From NCBI GenBank assembly GCA_963674745.2, contig CAXXDV010000003.1, positions 2,176,001-2,240,000 on the forward strand: a stretch of 64,000 nt of DNA, given 5' to 3'. Under the pieces are notes generated by a model, which was not told the DNA's origin, made no database searches, and was given only the letters and a program-made list of their open reading frames with translations. The stretch is from Desulfosudaceae bacterium (GTDB lineage Bacteria > Desulfobacterota > Desulfobacteria > Desulfobacterales > Desulfosudaceae). The position numbers and the translations under genes were made by a program. Positions 11,042 to 21,136 of the stretch are shown in pieces. Numbering within the stretch: position 1 is the stretch's first letter; the number at the start of each line of letters is the position of its first letter.

Positions 11042-11083
11042 AGCTGTCATGGCGCCGAACAACCAACCGGCTGCCATACAGCT
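11042..11083 (-). promoter_or_regulatory. Long hairpin in the rpsA 5' leader
   Basis: mRNA reads AGCUGU-AUGGC-A-GCCG-(10-nt loop)-CGGC-GCCAU-G-ACAGCU, about 30 nt before the start codon. Confidence 0.45.
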
Positions 11084-11208
11084 AAACAATCTACGCAAAT
11101 TACCAATAAGATATTCAAAAAGCAAATAAAAAATTCGTTTATCGGGACGCGGGGGTTTTTTTGATGCGGTCAGGCGCACAGATCGTTCTGTCCGGGCAAA
11201 AAGGTAAA

Positions 11209-11241
11209 GTGATTATGTGGTTATGTGGTTAAGTGATTATG
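11209..11241. repeat. Octamer microsatellite (GTGATTAT/GTGGTTAT/GTGGTTAA)
   Basis: About four tandem units of the same family as 4928-5105. Confidence 0.75.
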
Positions 11242-11273
11242 GGAGCCATCCGCAAGGCGCAAGATGAGTACAC

Positions 11274-11332
11274 GTAGGGGCAGGCCCCTGTGCCTGCCCT
11301 GATGAAGGGCAACCACGAGGGGTTGCCCCTAC
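11274..11332. repeat. GTAG-type REP doublet
   Basis: GTAGGGGCAGGCCCCTGTGCCTGCCC...GGGCAACCACGAGGGGTTGCCCCTAC. Confidence 0.85.
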
Positions 11333-11355
11333 AACATTTACGAACGGCCTGCGTC

Positions 11356-12021
11356 CTAACCTTTGGCCTCAATATACCCCATCATGAACTCAATCACCTC
11401 ATCCGGGGTCTGGTTCGTCGAATCCACCATGATGGCGTCTTCGGCCGGCTTCAAGGGGGCGAGGGCCCGGGTACTGTCATTTTCGTCACGGCGCCGGATA
11501 TCGGCTTCCACCTGTTCCAGCGTCAACCCGTCGTCATGGGGCAGCTCGTTAAAACGCCGCCTGGCCCGTTCCTCGACAGCGGCGCTGAGGAAGAACTTGA
11601 CATCCGCTTCCGGAAAAACAACCGTGCCCATATCCCGGCCTTCAAGCACGACACGTTTTGACTCACCCAGCCGGCGTTGAAGCCCCAGAAGGAACTCTCT
11701 GACCACGGGCCTGGCCGAAACCGCCGAAGCCAGCATGGTAATTTCAGGTGTCCGGATCAGGTCGGCAATGTCCACCCCTCCGGAAATCAAACGGGAGCCG
11801 TTTTCAGCAGCCACCAGTTCGAGTTCCAGGCCGGCACATAAATCCGATAGGCCTTTGTCATCCGTGGGCTGAATGCCTTTTTCCCGGGCCGCGTGGGCAA
11901 CGCCCCGGTACAGGGCACCGGTATCCACATAACGATAACCGAGACGTCCGGCCAGCCGGCGGCTGACAGTGGTTTTACCCGCTCCGGCAGGCCCGTCAAT
12001 GGTAACAACCATATCTTTCAT
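11356..12021 (-). CDS. cmk: Cytidylate kinase
   Basis: IDGPAGAGKTT, DTGALYR, EGRDMGTVVFP, RRDENDS. Confidence 0.97.
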   Translation of the reverse strand: MKDMVVTIDGPAGAGKTTVSRRLAGRLGYRYVDTGALYRGVAHAAREKGIQPTDDKGLSDLCAGLELELVAAENGSRLISGGVDIADLIRTPEITMLASAVSARPVVREFLLGLQRRLGESKRVVLEGRDMGTVVFPEADVKFFLSAAVEERARRRFNELPHDDGLTLEQVEADIRRRDENDSTRALAPLKPAEDAIMVDSTNQTPDEVIEFMMGYIEAKG

Positions 12022-13106
12022 AACAGCACCTTTTCCAGCACTTCGATAAAACGGGCGTTTTCTTCAGGCAGGCCCGCGTTAATGCGTAAATACGTGGGGT
12101 ATCCATAAGAGGACATGGACCGTACGATAACGCCTTCTTTTAAAAAGGACTCAAAGACGTCGTCAGCGTTTTTTTTCACATCCAGGAGGAAGAAGTTGGC
12201 CTGGGTGGGAAAACAGGTTACCCCCAGCCTGGCAAGAGCGGCAAACAGATAGTCAAGCCCTTCATGAACGACCTTACGGGTTTCATTTAAAAAGGCATCA
12301 TCATCCAGTGCGGCAACTGCCGCGGCCTGGGCAATGGAGCTGACGTTAAACGGCTGCCGAACCCGATTCATGAGGCTCACCATCTCAGCCGGCATAAATC
12401 CGTAACCCACTCTCAGCCCTGCTAATCCATATATTTTGGAGAATGTCCGCAACGCCACCAGGGGCCGATTGTCATCAAGGAAATCAAGGCTGTCGGCGCA
12501 GGTTTCATCCCGCGCAAACTCCACATAAGCTTCATCCAGAACGATCACCACGTTTTCCGGGACCTGCTCCAGAAAATGGCCGAACCGGGCCGAAGAAAAA
12601 ACGGTCCCCGTGGGATTATGCGGGTTGGTCAGAAAAATCATCCGGGTCTTATCGGTAATCGCACCGATTATCGTATCAAGATCAACGGCCAGTGATTGCA
12701 GGGGCACATAAACCGTCTTGGCATTGGATATACGCGTCATGATGTCGTACATGGCAAAAGACGGTTGCGTCATGATCACTTCGTCACCGGGATAGAGCAA
12801 AGCCCGGGTCAACATGCCGATTATGTCGTCGGACCCGCTGCCTAAAACAATATTTTCCGGCTTGACACGGAATTTTTCGGAAAGCTTTCTGACCAGGTAA
12901 TATCCGCTGCCGTCCGGATATCGATTCAGCCGTGAAAGGACCTGACCGATCGCGTCCAAAGCCCGGGGTGACGCGCCCAGCGGATTTTCATTGGAGGCCA
13001 GTTTTATGGTACCGCTCAGGCCGTATTCTCTTTCCAGTTCCTCTATCGGTTTACCCGGCGAATACGGCTTGACGGATAGTATATAGGGCGGGGGTTTCAA
13101 GTCCAT
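12018..13106 (-). CDS. hisC: Histidinol-phosphate aminotransferase
   Basis: KLASNENP, NRYPD, NPHNPTG, DEAY, RTFSKIYGLAGLRVGY; likely ATG 13106 with a GGAG RBS. Confidence 0.93.
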   Translation of the reverse strand: MDLKPPPYILSVKPYSPGKPIEELEREYGLSGTIKLASNENPLGASPRALDAIGQVLSRLNRYPDGSGYYLVRKLSEKFRVKPENIVLGSGSDDIIGMLTRALLYPGDEVIMTQPSFAMYDIMTRISNAKTVYVPLQSLAVDLDTIIGAITDKTRMIFLTNPHNPTGTVFSSARFGHFLEQVPENVVIVLDEAYVEFARDETCADSLDFLDDNRPLVALRTFSKIYGLAGLRVGYGFMPAEMVSLMNRVRQPFNVSSIAQAAAVAALDDDAFLNETRKVVHEGLDYLFAALARLGVTCFPTQANFFLLDVKKNADDVFESFLKEGVIVRSMSSYGYPTYLRINAGLPEENARFIEVLEKVLL

Positions 13107-13298
13107 CTGTCTCCACTCCATGACGGTTTTGCAAAAGCTCACCTTGGTTTTGAACTTTTCCCGAACCATCTAAAATATTTTTTTACAAATAAATCAATTA
13201 TGATACCATTTTAAAAATTTTAACGAAGCCATCGCGTTTGAAACAGGTTATAATATGCCCGACTTTCTTTGTAAATATTTTTTACCGGAGCCGAACCC

Positions 13299-14471
13299 AT
13301 GCGAACCCGAACCGGTTTAGACGTTTTTTGTGAAAATCCTTCCAGATTTCAACCGGGTAAACGACTTGGTATCCTGGCCAACCCCGCTTCGGTAGATGGC
13401 CGCTTTCGACATATCCGTGACCGGATCAATGAATTATTTCCCGGCAAAGTGGTTGCCCTGTACGCGCCCCAACACGGTTTTTTTGCTGAAAAACAGGACA
13501 ATATGAAGGAATCGGACGATTTTACGGATCCGGACCTGAAAATTCCCGTTTACAGCCTGTACGGTAAAACACGCGCCCCCACCCCGGAAATGATGGCCCC
13601 CATCGACACCCTGATCATCGACCTGCAGGACGTCGGCACCCGCGTTTACACGTTTATATATACCATGGCCTATTGCATGGAAGCCGCCGCGTCACACGGC
13701 GTCCGGGTTGTTGTACTGGATCGGCCCAACCCGGTTGGCGGTGCGATTGTAGAAGGCAACCTCCTGCGTCCCGACTTCGCCTCGTTCGTCGGCCGGTTTC
13801 CCATTCCCATGCGCCATGGCCTGACCATCAGTGAGTTGGCACTTTTGTTCAATGACCATTTTCATATCGGCTGTGACCTGACGGTTGTGCCCATGGATAA
13901 CTGGCGGCGGGATATGTTTTTTACGCAGACCGGGCTGCCCTGGGTGGCACCGTCACCGAACCTGCCCACCCCCATGTCCGCCATGGTATATCCGGGACAG
14001 GTGATCTGGGAAGGAACGAACGTGTCGGAAGGCAGGGGCACCACCCGGCCGTTTGAACTTTTCGGCGCGCCGTTTATTGATCCCCGGAAAATCATGGCGC
14101 ATATCGGGCCCGAAGGGGTTCCCGGAGCCATCTTACGGCCGGTTTTATTCGAACCGACCGCCAACAAATGGGCGGGACAGTCCTGCCGGGGCTTTCAGAT
14201 TCATCCGGTTGAACCGGAACGCTACCGGTCTTACGCCACCTCTCTCCTGCTGCTGCAGGCCATCATCAAGCTTTATCCCGATTGTTTCGCGTGGAGTGAG
14301 CCACCCTATGAATATGAATACCACAAAAAACCCGTTGACCTGATCCTGGGGAACCCGGAAGTCCGCCAGCGGCTGGAAAACATGGAACCGATCAACAGTC
14401 TGGAATCATCATGGCAAAGGGAACTGGCGGAATTTCAACGCCTCTCCGGAAAGTACCATCTATACAAATAA
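13299..14471 (+). CDS. namZ: Exo-beta-N-acetylmuramidase NamZ family (DUF1343)
   Basis: APQHG, VYSLYG, DLQDVGTRVYTF, LDRPNP, RHGLT, PSPNLP, SEGRGTTRPFE. Confidence 0.88.
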   Translation: MRTRTGLDVFCENPSRFQPGKRLGILANPASVDGRFRHIRDRINELFPGKVVALYAPQHGFFAEKQDNMKESDDFTDPDLKIPVYSLYGKTRAPTPEMMAPIDTLIIDLQDVGTRVYTFIYTMAYCMEAAASHGVRVVVLDRPNPVGGAIVEGNLLRPDFASFVGRFPIPMRHGLTISELALLFNDHFHIGCDLTVVPMDNWRRDMFFTQTGLPWVAPSPNLPTPMSAMVYPGQVIWEGTNVSEGRGTTRPFELFGAPFIDPRKIMAHIGPEGVPGAILRPVLFEPTANKWAGQSCRGFQIHPVEPERYRSYATSLLLLQAIIKLYPDCFAWSEPPYEYEYHKKPVDLILGNPEVRQRLENMEPINSLESSWQRELAEFQRLSGKYHLYK

Positions 14472-14484
14472 AGGCAGGCAAGTT

Positions 14485-15162
14485 GTGACGGATACGAAAC
14501 CGGGCTGGAAACGAATGGGGTTCAAGGGCAACAAGGTCTGGATGGCGGTTGATGAAAACCGGCAGCCGATTGAAAAGGACGGCAAGGTGCTCATTAAATA
14601 CCAGACCGAACAGGATTATGAGTACTGGGTGTATCAGAGCAGCCTCGTCACCGTCGATCAGCTCGGCACGAAAGACAAACCCGGGAAAGGGAAAAAACCG
14701 GGGCAAAAGAAAAAGGCGCAGCCGGAAAAGTCCGCCAAAGACATAAAAGCAGATATCCCCGATGACGCCGTTCTGGTGTACACGGACGGTGCGTCTTCCG
14801 GAAATCCGGGCCCTTCCGGCATCGGTGTGCTGCTGTTGTACAAAGAAAACGAAAAACGCATTTCCAGGTTTATCGGCCAGGCAACGAACAATATCGCCGA
14901 GCTCGAAGCCATAAAGGCCGGCCTGATGGAAATTAAAAACAAAAAGCTGCCGGTAAGGGTGTTCACGGACAGCAGCTATGCGCTCGGCCTGCTGTCACTG
15001 GGATGGAAAGCCAAAAAAAACGTTGCCTTAGTCCAGGAAATACAAAAAATCCTGGCCACCTTCAGGGATGTGAAGCTGATTAAAGTCAAGGGCCATGCCG
15101 GCATTCCGGAAAACGAAATTGCAGACAGGCTGGCCGTGACCGCCATTGAAAAAGCCACCTGA
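14485..15162 (+). CDS. rnhA: Ribonuclease HI with N-terminal extension
   Basis: VYTDGASSGNPGP, TNNIAELEA, FTDSSY, KVKGHAG, NEIADRLA. Confidence 0.92.
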   Translation: MTDTKPGWKRMGFKGNKVWMAVDENRQPIEKDGKVLIKYQTEQDYEYWVYQSSLVTVDQLGTKDKPGKGKKPGQKKKAQPEKSAKDIKADIPDDAVLVYTDGASSGNPGPSGIGVLLLYKENEKRISRFIGQATNNIAELEAIKAGLMEIKNKKLPVRVFTDSSYALGLLSLGWKAKKNVALVQEIQKILATFRDVKLIKVKGHAGIPENEIADRLAVTAIEKAT

Positions 15163-15179
15163 AATCGCACCAGCAGGGC

Positions 15180-15212
15180 AAAAAAAAAGCCCGCGTTTTA
15201 AACGCGGGCTTG
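15180..15212 (-). terminator. Rho-independent terminator (possibly bidirectional)
   Basis: AAGCCCGCGTTT/AAACGCGGGCTT stem followed on the minus strand by a long T-run; lies between convergent genes. Confidence 0.8.
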
Positions 15213-15311
15213 TAAAGCAATATTGCAAGATACCCTTAAGTCTTCATGCCGCAACGAAGACGGCTGTCAGTTACATGATATGGATAACACCTTTTTAAGC
15301 TTGCCGCCTGT

Positions 15312-15524
15312 TTACTGGTCTTCATCCTCGGCAGCCATGCTTTTGCCCTCATTTCTCCAAGTATCTTTCAATTCATCAAACCCGAGGTAAAGGGCCAGGC
15401 AACCAACCAGCAGGAGTACCAACGGAATGGTTCCCGCCAGGATCTGCAAAAAAGCGCCAAACCAAACGGCCAGCAGAATAAGACCAATTACCGCCGCAAT
15501 CGCACCGCCAACAAGAGTTTTCAT
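15312..15524 (-). CDS. Small two-TM membrane protein
   Basis: Two hydrophobic helices, acidic tail, AGGAGG RBS upstream. Confidence 0.75.
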   Translation of the reverse strand: MKTLVGGAIAAVIGLILLAVWFGAFLQILAGTIPLVLLLVGCLALYLGFDELKDTWRNEGKSMAAEDEDQ

Positions 15525-15712
15525 CAAATGCCTCCTTTTTTCCTTCTTATTTGTCTGTTAACCTTTATGATAATTCAATATCTTTTAAACGCCTTCATGA
15601 AACAGGATTTTGAATTATAGCATAACGGAAATCACTTACAAGGCAAAAATCGCTTTTTGCCGCAAAAAATTTTATAATCAGATTTGTCACCAACCCTTTC
15701 GAGGAGGATATC

Positions 15713-16567
15713 ATGCCACAGCCCAAAAAACGCGTCAGCCTGATTTTGGCTGCCCTGTCCATTATCCTGTTAATCTCGGTTACCGCCGGTTCCGGGTATT
15801 TCCAGACAACCAGCGAAAAATACATGGCCGACACATTAAAAAAAGCCTCTATTACCTTTGCCGGGGCCCGGGCCATTAATGCCCTCGTATCCGTTGCCCA
15901 GAAGATTGAGACCGGCGGTTCCCTGAAGCTGCTCGGAACGGGAGGTTCGGCTTCTCTTGCGCCTTTTGAATGGTTGGACCCGCTAAACGACCTGGTGGAA
16001 CGTTTTTCCCTGGTCATGCTGGTCTGCTGCGTGGCCATGGGGATCCTGCTGTTTTTAAACCAGAGTATGCCCTGGTTCGGCTTGACGGTGCTGCTGCCGG
16101 CTTCGGTCCTGCTGTTGCTGATGTCTCTGGGGATACGAAAAAGCCGGCTGGGAAGCGGGCGTCGATTGTTCAGAACCGGTTACAAGCTCCTGATCATCAC
16201 CGCCATCGCGACAATAATGGTGCCGGTGATGGCGGCGGTGAACTTTTGGGTCTACTCGTTCTTTCTGGAGCCGTCATATGAAACGGCTTCAATTTCCATG
16301 GACGACACCCGAAAGACCCTTTCGGCCTTAAAACCGGAAGGCGGCCTAATGGATACGGTTGAAAAATTACAGCAGCAGGTCAGCTCATTGAAAGGAAAGA
16401 CAGAAAGGGTGATCGACCACATGCTTGACCTGATCACCGTGTTTCTGATTCAGACCATCCTGCTGCCACTGGTGATGTTCTGGCTGGTCACCAGGCTCAT
16501 CTCATATATTGCCGCCGGTAAGGCACCACTGCCGGCGGAATCGTTTTTTTCCGATGCAGCCGTTTAA
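15713..16567 (+). CDS. Hypothetical multi-pass membrane protein
   Basis: GAGGAGG RBS, several TM segments, LDPLNDLVERFS motif; family not recognised. Confidence 0.75.
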   Translation: MPQPKKRVSLILAALSIILLISVTAGSGYFQTTSEKYMADTLKKASITFAGARAINALVSVAQKIETGGSLKLLGTGGSASLAPFEWLDPLNDLVERFSLVMLVCCVAMGILLFLNQSMPWFGLTVLLPASVLLLLMSLGIRKSRLGSGRRLFRTGYKLLIITAIATIMVPVMAAVNFWVYSFFLEPSYETASISMDDTRKTLSALKPEGGLMDTVEKLQQQVSSLKGKTERVIDHMLDLITVFLIQTILLPLVMFWLVTRLISYIAAGKAPLPAESFFSDAAV

Positions 16568-16572
16568 ATATG

Positions 16573-16635
16573 GGTTCAAGATTCAAGATTCAAGATTTGA
16601 GGTTTGAGGTTTGAGGTTCAGGGTTCGGGGTTCGA
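16573..16635. repeat. 7-bp microsatellite x9
   Basis: GGTTCAA GATTCAA GATTCAA GATTTGA GGTTTGA GGTTTGA GGTTCAG GGTTCGG GGTTCGA. Confidence 0.85.
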
Positions 16636-16644
16636 GATGACGCT

Positions 16645-16715
16645 GTAGGGGCACGGCGTGCCGTGCCCGATTGCGAATCACATCGATTCAAGGCAACCCT
16701 GCGGGTCGCCCATAG
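16645..16715. repeat. GTAG-type REP plus degenerate inverted partner
   Basis: GTAGGGGCACGGCGTGCCGTGCCC (exact reverse complement of 38278-38301), then ggcaaccctgcgggtcgcccatag. Confidence 0.8.
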
Positions 16716-16740
16716 GCATTCGCGAGCATGTTGCAACAGA

Positions 16741-17496
16741 TCAGATGGTGCCGATCGTGTCTTTACTAACCCAACCCACCTTATCCTTTCCGAACCGGAT
16801 ACGGTAAAAATCATTTCTTTGCTGCTCGATGGTCACCCGGCTTCCGGCGTGCAGCACAAACAATTCCGTAGACGGGTCTGAAAGCCCCGATTTGGCGGAT
16901 ATGGACTCGGACAAAACAACGCCCTGGCGGCTATTCTGATCAAAATAGAAATTGCCGGAAGCCGTCAGGGCAAAAAGAAGGAAAAATAACAGGGCACCAT
17001 AACGAACAAATGCCGGCACATTTAATGACAGGTGTTTTTTGACAAACATCACGAGACAGAAGATCAGGCCGAATGCTGCCGCCAGAAAGATCACCGTCTT
17101 TCGACCCAGCCAGTAGCGCCAGAAAAAAAGCATCTGCGGCAGTGAAACCAGGTCCGGTGCCTTATCTTTCACCCGGGTGCGGGCATATTCCAGATTAAAC
17201 CGCAAATCCGGGTCATTGGGCATCAGGCGGAACGCTTTTTCATACCACAAAACAGCCCGGCCGATATCCCCTGCCTTAAAACAGGCATTGGCAATGTTAT
17301 AGTACAGCTTGCCGTTGACAATGCCCTCTTGTGCGATGGAAAGAAAACCATCGGCCGCGGCCTGATAATGCCCCTGCTCATAATCTTTTACGGCGTCCAG
17401 AAACACGCGCGCCCGCTCCTGGGCCAAAGCCGTATACGGCAGAAGCATAACGGTCAACAGCAGAAAAATCGTTACCATCCTGATGGGCTTATTCAT
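16741..17496 (-). CDS. batE: BatE-like TPR + SH3 protein
   Basis: Signal peptide, YYNIANACFKAGDIGRAVLWYEKA TPR, TM pair, C-terminal SH3-like LHAG...VGWV; operon position. Confidence 0.8.
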   Translation of the reverse strand: MNKPIRMVTIFLLLTVMLLPYTALAQERARVFLDAVKDYEQGHYQAAADGFLSIAQEGIVNGKLYYNIANACFKAGDIGRAVLWYEKAFRLMPNDPDLRFNLEYARTRVKDKAPDLVSLPQMLFFWRYWLGRKTVIFLAAAFGLIFCLVMFVKKHLSLNVPAFVRYGALLFFLLFALTASGNFYFDQNSRQGVVLSESISAKSGLSDPSTELFVLHAGSRVTIEQQRNDFYRIRFGKDKVGWVSKDTIGTI

Positions 17497-19262
17497 GGCA
17501 TGATCCTCCTTATCAACCGTCCTGTTGATGCCAGTGCCCTGTCAAAAAAATCGGTATTAACGTCCCGGCCGCCGTAACGGGCCTGCTCAATTTCCTCGAG
17601 CAGCCGGCAGATCTCATCCGTCAGCGATTGGTCACAACCGTTATCCAAAAGCACCTGCCGGGCTTCACGGTAGGTCAGGGACTCGCCCCTTCTGCCCGCC
17701 CTGGCGTAAACCGCGTAAACGACCGCCTTGAACAAATGATCCAGACGGGTCTCAGGGGCTAATTTATCCTGTCCGGCCGATTTCAAAGCGGTTTTCGATT
17801 TTCTGGACATCAGGGTTGTATCGTCTATCTGCCGCCGGATCCGGGTTATCATGACCGCAGCCAGAAAGTACAGCAGAAACGGGCCACCGACCAGAAGGAT
17901 AAAAACGTTCAGCGGGACAGGTCCCTGATGATTCAGTGCCGAAAGGTCCTGTTGAATCGGAAAAATGTCATGGCCAGTGAATTCAACCGCCTGCTTGCGC
18001 ACGGGCAGGGGGAGATGCTCTTGCTTGCCGGTGTTTGTCCCGGTGAGATCTACCGTCTGACTTTTGTCGGAAGGGTTGACCGTTACTTCGATAGGCACCG
18101 TGGAAATGGTAATATAGGATTTACGGCTGACGTCAAAATAGGTCAGTGAAAAAGGACCGACGGTATAAGATCCGGGTGTCAGGGCCACCAGTGCCGCCGG
18201 GAACCGTTTCTTGCCGGACACGCCGGCATCACTGGCGGCGATATCTTCAACCGGCGCGTCTTCATATATTTTAAAGGCATCCGGGAGATTGAACCCGGGA
18301 TTTGATGCCGACTGGATGTTGCCCCGGCCGCTGATAATGATGGCCATATTGGCGGATTCACCTTCGACAAGGGTTGTCTGATCTATTTCAGCTGAAATGG
18401 CGAACTCTCCCACCAGGCCGGAGAAGGGGTCTTTACCGGTATATTCCGGCAGAGGCCGGACCGTCACTTTAACGGGATCGGCGGTCAGTCGCCGGGACTC
18501 GAGATTAAGTCCCCTTCCTAAAAAAGGATCATTAAAAAAAGAGTCAAACATGGACCGGCCCCGGGACGTTTTGCGGGAAACCACATCGCAGGAAATCACG
18601 GCCGGGCCGATGGCCTGCTCCCCGGCCTGCTCCGGCGTCAACACATAAACGATTTCGGTCACGTCGAACCGCCGACCGCCCACTACTCTTGAATAACTCC
18701 GGTTATCCTCCAGTTGCTCCGCCGAAAACCCGGGAAATTTCGGGGCCAGGGTAAGGCTGGCATTGGTGATACGGACAGCATTGTACAGGCTCAACCGGCA
18801 GGTGATCTGTTCGCCCAGCCAGGGTGAGTCATCCGAGACCGACAGCCGGATGAAAATGTCGGCGTCTTTTGGGCCACTGTCCGTTTGCGGGCTGTCGGAA
18901 ACTTCGATGGTAATCATTTCGGTGTAAAGCGTCTTATGGCCGATCGTCACCGGCAGGGCCGGGATCACCAGCGGTCCTTTTTTTAACGGTATCAGGGAAT
19001 AGGTATATTCGGTCCTGCTGGACACATTGCCGTTAATGATGTTGTAGGACGAGGAAGTGCCCCTGGAGGCCACCTGGAAATCGCGTATGCCGGCGACATT
19101 GACCTCTCCTTTACTCCCTTCTACGGTAACCGTCAGGGTCAGACTTTCGCCGCCAACCACACGGGTCCTGTCGACCGTGGCGCTGACACTGGCGGCCCGG
19201 ACCGGGGCAGCCGCAACCGTCACCCATAGCAGTAACGTTATTATTATGGCAAGGCGCTTCAC
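17493..19262 (-). CDS. batD: BatD family protein
   Basis: Signal peptide, ATVDRT, SSYNIING, beta-sandwich repeats, C-terminal TM, IEQARYG. Confidence 0.85.
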   Translation of the reverse strand: MKRLAIIITLLLWVTVAAAPVRAASVSATVDRTRVVGGESLTLTVTVEGSKGEVNVAGIRDFQVASRGTSSSYNIINGNVSSRTEYTYSLIPLKKGPLVIPALPVTIGHKTLYTEMITIEVSDSPQTDSGPKDADIFIRLSVSDDSPWLGEQITCRLSLYNAVRITNASLTLAPKFPGFSAEQLEDNRSYSRVVGGRRFDVTEIVYVLTPEQAGEQAIGPAVISCDVVSRKTSRGRSMFDSFFNDPFLGRGLNLESRRLTADPVKVTVRPLPEYTGKDPFSGLVGEFAISAEIDQTTLVEGESANMAIIISGRGNIQSASNPGFNLPDAFKIYEDAPVEDIAASDAGVSGKKRFPAALVALTPGSYTVGPFSLTYFDVSRKSYITISTVPIEVTVNPSDKSQTVDLTGTNTGKQEHLPLPVRKQAVEFTGHDIFPIQQDLSALNHQGPVPLNVFILLVGGPFLLYFLAAVMITRIRRQIDDTTLMSRKSKTALKSAGQDKLAPETRLDHLFKAVVYAVYARAGRRGESLTYREARQVLLDNGCDQSLTDEICRLLEEIEQARYGGRDVNTDFFDRALASTGRLIRRIMP

Positions 19263-21136
19263 CAGTCCTGTTCAACCTCCCGTTTGTGATAGTCGGGCAT
19301 CAAGATAGCCGATCCCGGGATATCCTGCAACCGGTCCAGCCGCTTTTGCCCATGGTCGGGCAAACGTGACAACGCCCCTTTCTGCCCCTTTTGCTGATCG
19401 TCCTGATTGGCCGCTTGCCCGGCTGCCTGCTGTTGCTGCTGTTCCCGGTCTTCTTCACGCTTTTTCGCAGCGCTGTCACCCTGTTCATCCGGTTGTTTCT
19501 TTCCGGCTGCGGAAGATTTTTTCTGTTGCTGTTCATCCTTTGTTTGGTCGGTGCTATTGTCTTTGGACGTCTGACCGCTGTCCTGCTTCTGCTGTTGATC
19601 GCCCCGGGCCTGGTCCTGATTCTGGCCCTGCTGTTTCTGATCGCTTTGCTGCTGTTGATCGCTCTGCTGCTGCTGATCGCTTTGCTGCTGCTGCTGTTTT
19701 TTCTGCTCTTCAAGTGCTTTTTTGGCCAGGGCCAGATTTTCTTCGGCTTCCTTGTCGGCCTTATCGATATCCAGGGTCTTCTGGTAAGCGTCAATCGCGT
19801 TTTTAAAATCACGCTGCCGGAAGTAAGCATTACCCAGATTGTACCAGGCGTCTTTTTTCAAAGACTTATCCGGTTGCGCGTTATCCTTGAGCAGTTCCAG
19901 GGCCCTTTTATAATTACCGGCCGCTTCGTCATATTTTTCCGCCTTGTAATAAGCGTTACCGATATTATAATACAGCTCACCATTGTCAGGGTCGGCCAGT
20001 TGCGCGTCGATAAAGTGTTTGAGGGCTTTTTCATACGCTCCGCCATCATAAGCCGTCCGCCCCTTTTCCACATCATTGTAGACGTTGCCCGCCCGGGCAT
20101 CCGGCGTGCCGATTCCGAGTATCAGTAAAACCAGCAGCGTCGTCACCATCCGGCCTCTTGGGATCAGCATTTCTACTGCCAGAAAAACCAGGGCCAGGGC
20201 CAGGAACCATTGAAAACGGTCTTCTAAAATTTTTTTCCTGCCGCTTTCGAGGGTGGTCTGCTCCATTGTTTTCCTGATTTTATCTTTGTAAATCATCTCC
20301 AGGTCCATGTCACCGGCCACTGAACGGACATAAATCCCGCCGGTGACGGCCGCCATCTGCCGCAGGGTTTCCTCGTCCAGTCGGGTGAGCACGATTTTCC
20401 CGTCCCGGTTTTTCGTAAATCCCCCGCTGTTCTCAGGAACCGGTGCGCCCTGGTCGTTGCCGACACCGATGCAGAATATCTTGATATTCTTTTCAGCCGC
20501 CTTGCGGGCGGCCTCAACCGGGTCGGGACCGCTGGTCTGCTCACCGTCGGTGATCAGAATAATCGCCTTGTCGGAAGTATCGGCTTCATTAAAACCGGAA
20601 ACAGCCGTCATCACCGCATCACCCAGATTGGTACCGCCCACCGGCAGCATGTCCGGCGACAGGGATTCCAGGAACAGGTGAAAAGCGCTGTAATCCATTG
20701 TCAGGGGGCACTGCATAAAGGCGCTTCCGGCAAATGCCACCAGCCCGATACGGTCTCCGGTCAGCATGCCCAGAAGGTCGATAATTTCATATTTGGCCCG
20801 GGTCAACCGGGTGGGCTTAATGTCCTCAGCCAGCATGCTCCGGGAACAGTCCAGGGCCACGACGATATCAACCCCTTTGCGTTCGATCTTTTCCCAACGA
20901 AAACCGTAACGCGGACCGGCCAGCGCGATCAGGGCCATGGCCGCGGCCAGAACCAGCAGGATCGCGCCGATTGTTCTCCGGAAAGGAGAGGCCTCGGCAA
21001 TCAGCCGGGTCAGCCCTTCACCGCCGGCAAATCCGGTCAAAATTTTATTTCGCCGGGATATACCCCAGTAAACCGCCAGCAGCAAGGGTAAAACCGCCCA
21101 TAAGAACAAGAGCATATAAGGATAGGCAAAAGTCAC
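19259..21136 (-). CDS. batB: BatB-BatC fusion (VWA + TPR + Gln-rich tail)
   Basis: DCSRSM MIDAS, PTRL, PLTMD, ITDGE; TPRs YYNIGNAYY / WYNLGNAYF; QQQQSD repeats; ends in DW. Probable GTG start at 21136 overlapping the batA stop. Confidence 0.85.
   Translation of the reverse strand: MTFAYPYMLLFLWAVLPLLLAVYWGISRRNKILTGFAGGEGLTRLIAEASPFRRTIGAILLVLAAAMALIALAGPRYGFRWEKIERKGVDIVVALDCSRSMLAEDIKPTRLTRAKYEIIDLLGMLTGDRIGLVAFAGSAFMQCPLTMDYSAFHLFLESLSPDMLPVGGTNLGDAVMTAVSGFNEADTSDKAIILITDGEQTSGPDPVEAARKAAEKNIKIFCIGVGNDQGAPVPENSGGFTKNRDGKIVLTRLDEETLRQMAAVTGGIYVRSVAGDMDLEMIYKDKIRKTMEQTTLESGRKKILEDRFQWFLALALVFLAVEMLIPRGRMVTTLLVLLILGIGTPDARAGNVYNDVEKGRTAYDGGAYEKALKHFIDAQLADPDNGELYYNIGNAYYKAEKYDEAAGNYKRALELLKDNAQPDKSLKKDAWYNLGNAYFRQRDFKNAIDAYQKTLDIDKADKEAEENLALAKKALEEQKKQQQQQSDQQQQSDQQQQSDQKQQGQNQDQARGDQQQKQDSGQTSKDNSTDQTKDEQQQKKSSAAGKKQPDEQGDSAAKKREEDREQQQQQAAGQAANQDDQQKGQKGALSRLPDHGQKRLDRLQDIPGSAILMPDYHKREVEQDW

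Noticed and set aside
19300..20128. Leu-rich and Ser/Arg-rich alternative ORFs
   Set aside because: Alternate-frame or antisense readings of the Gln-rich BatB/C tail.
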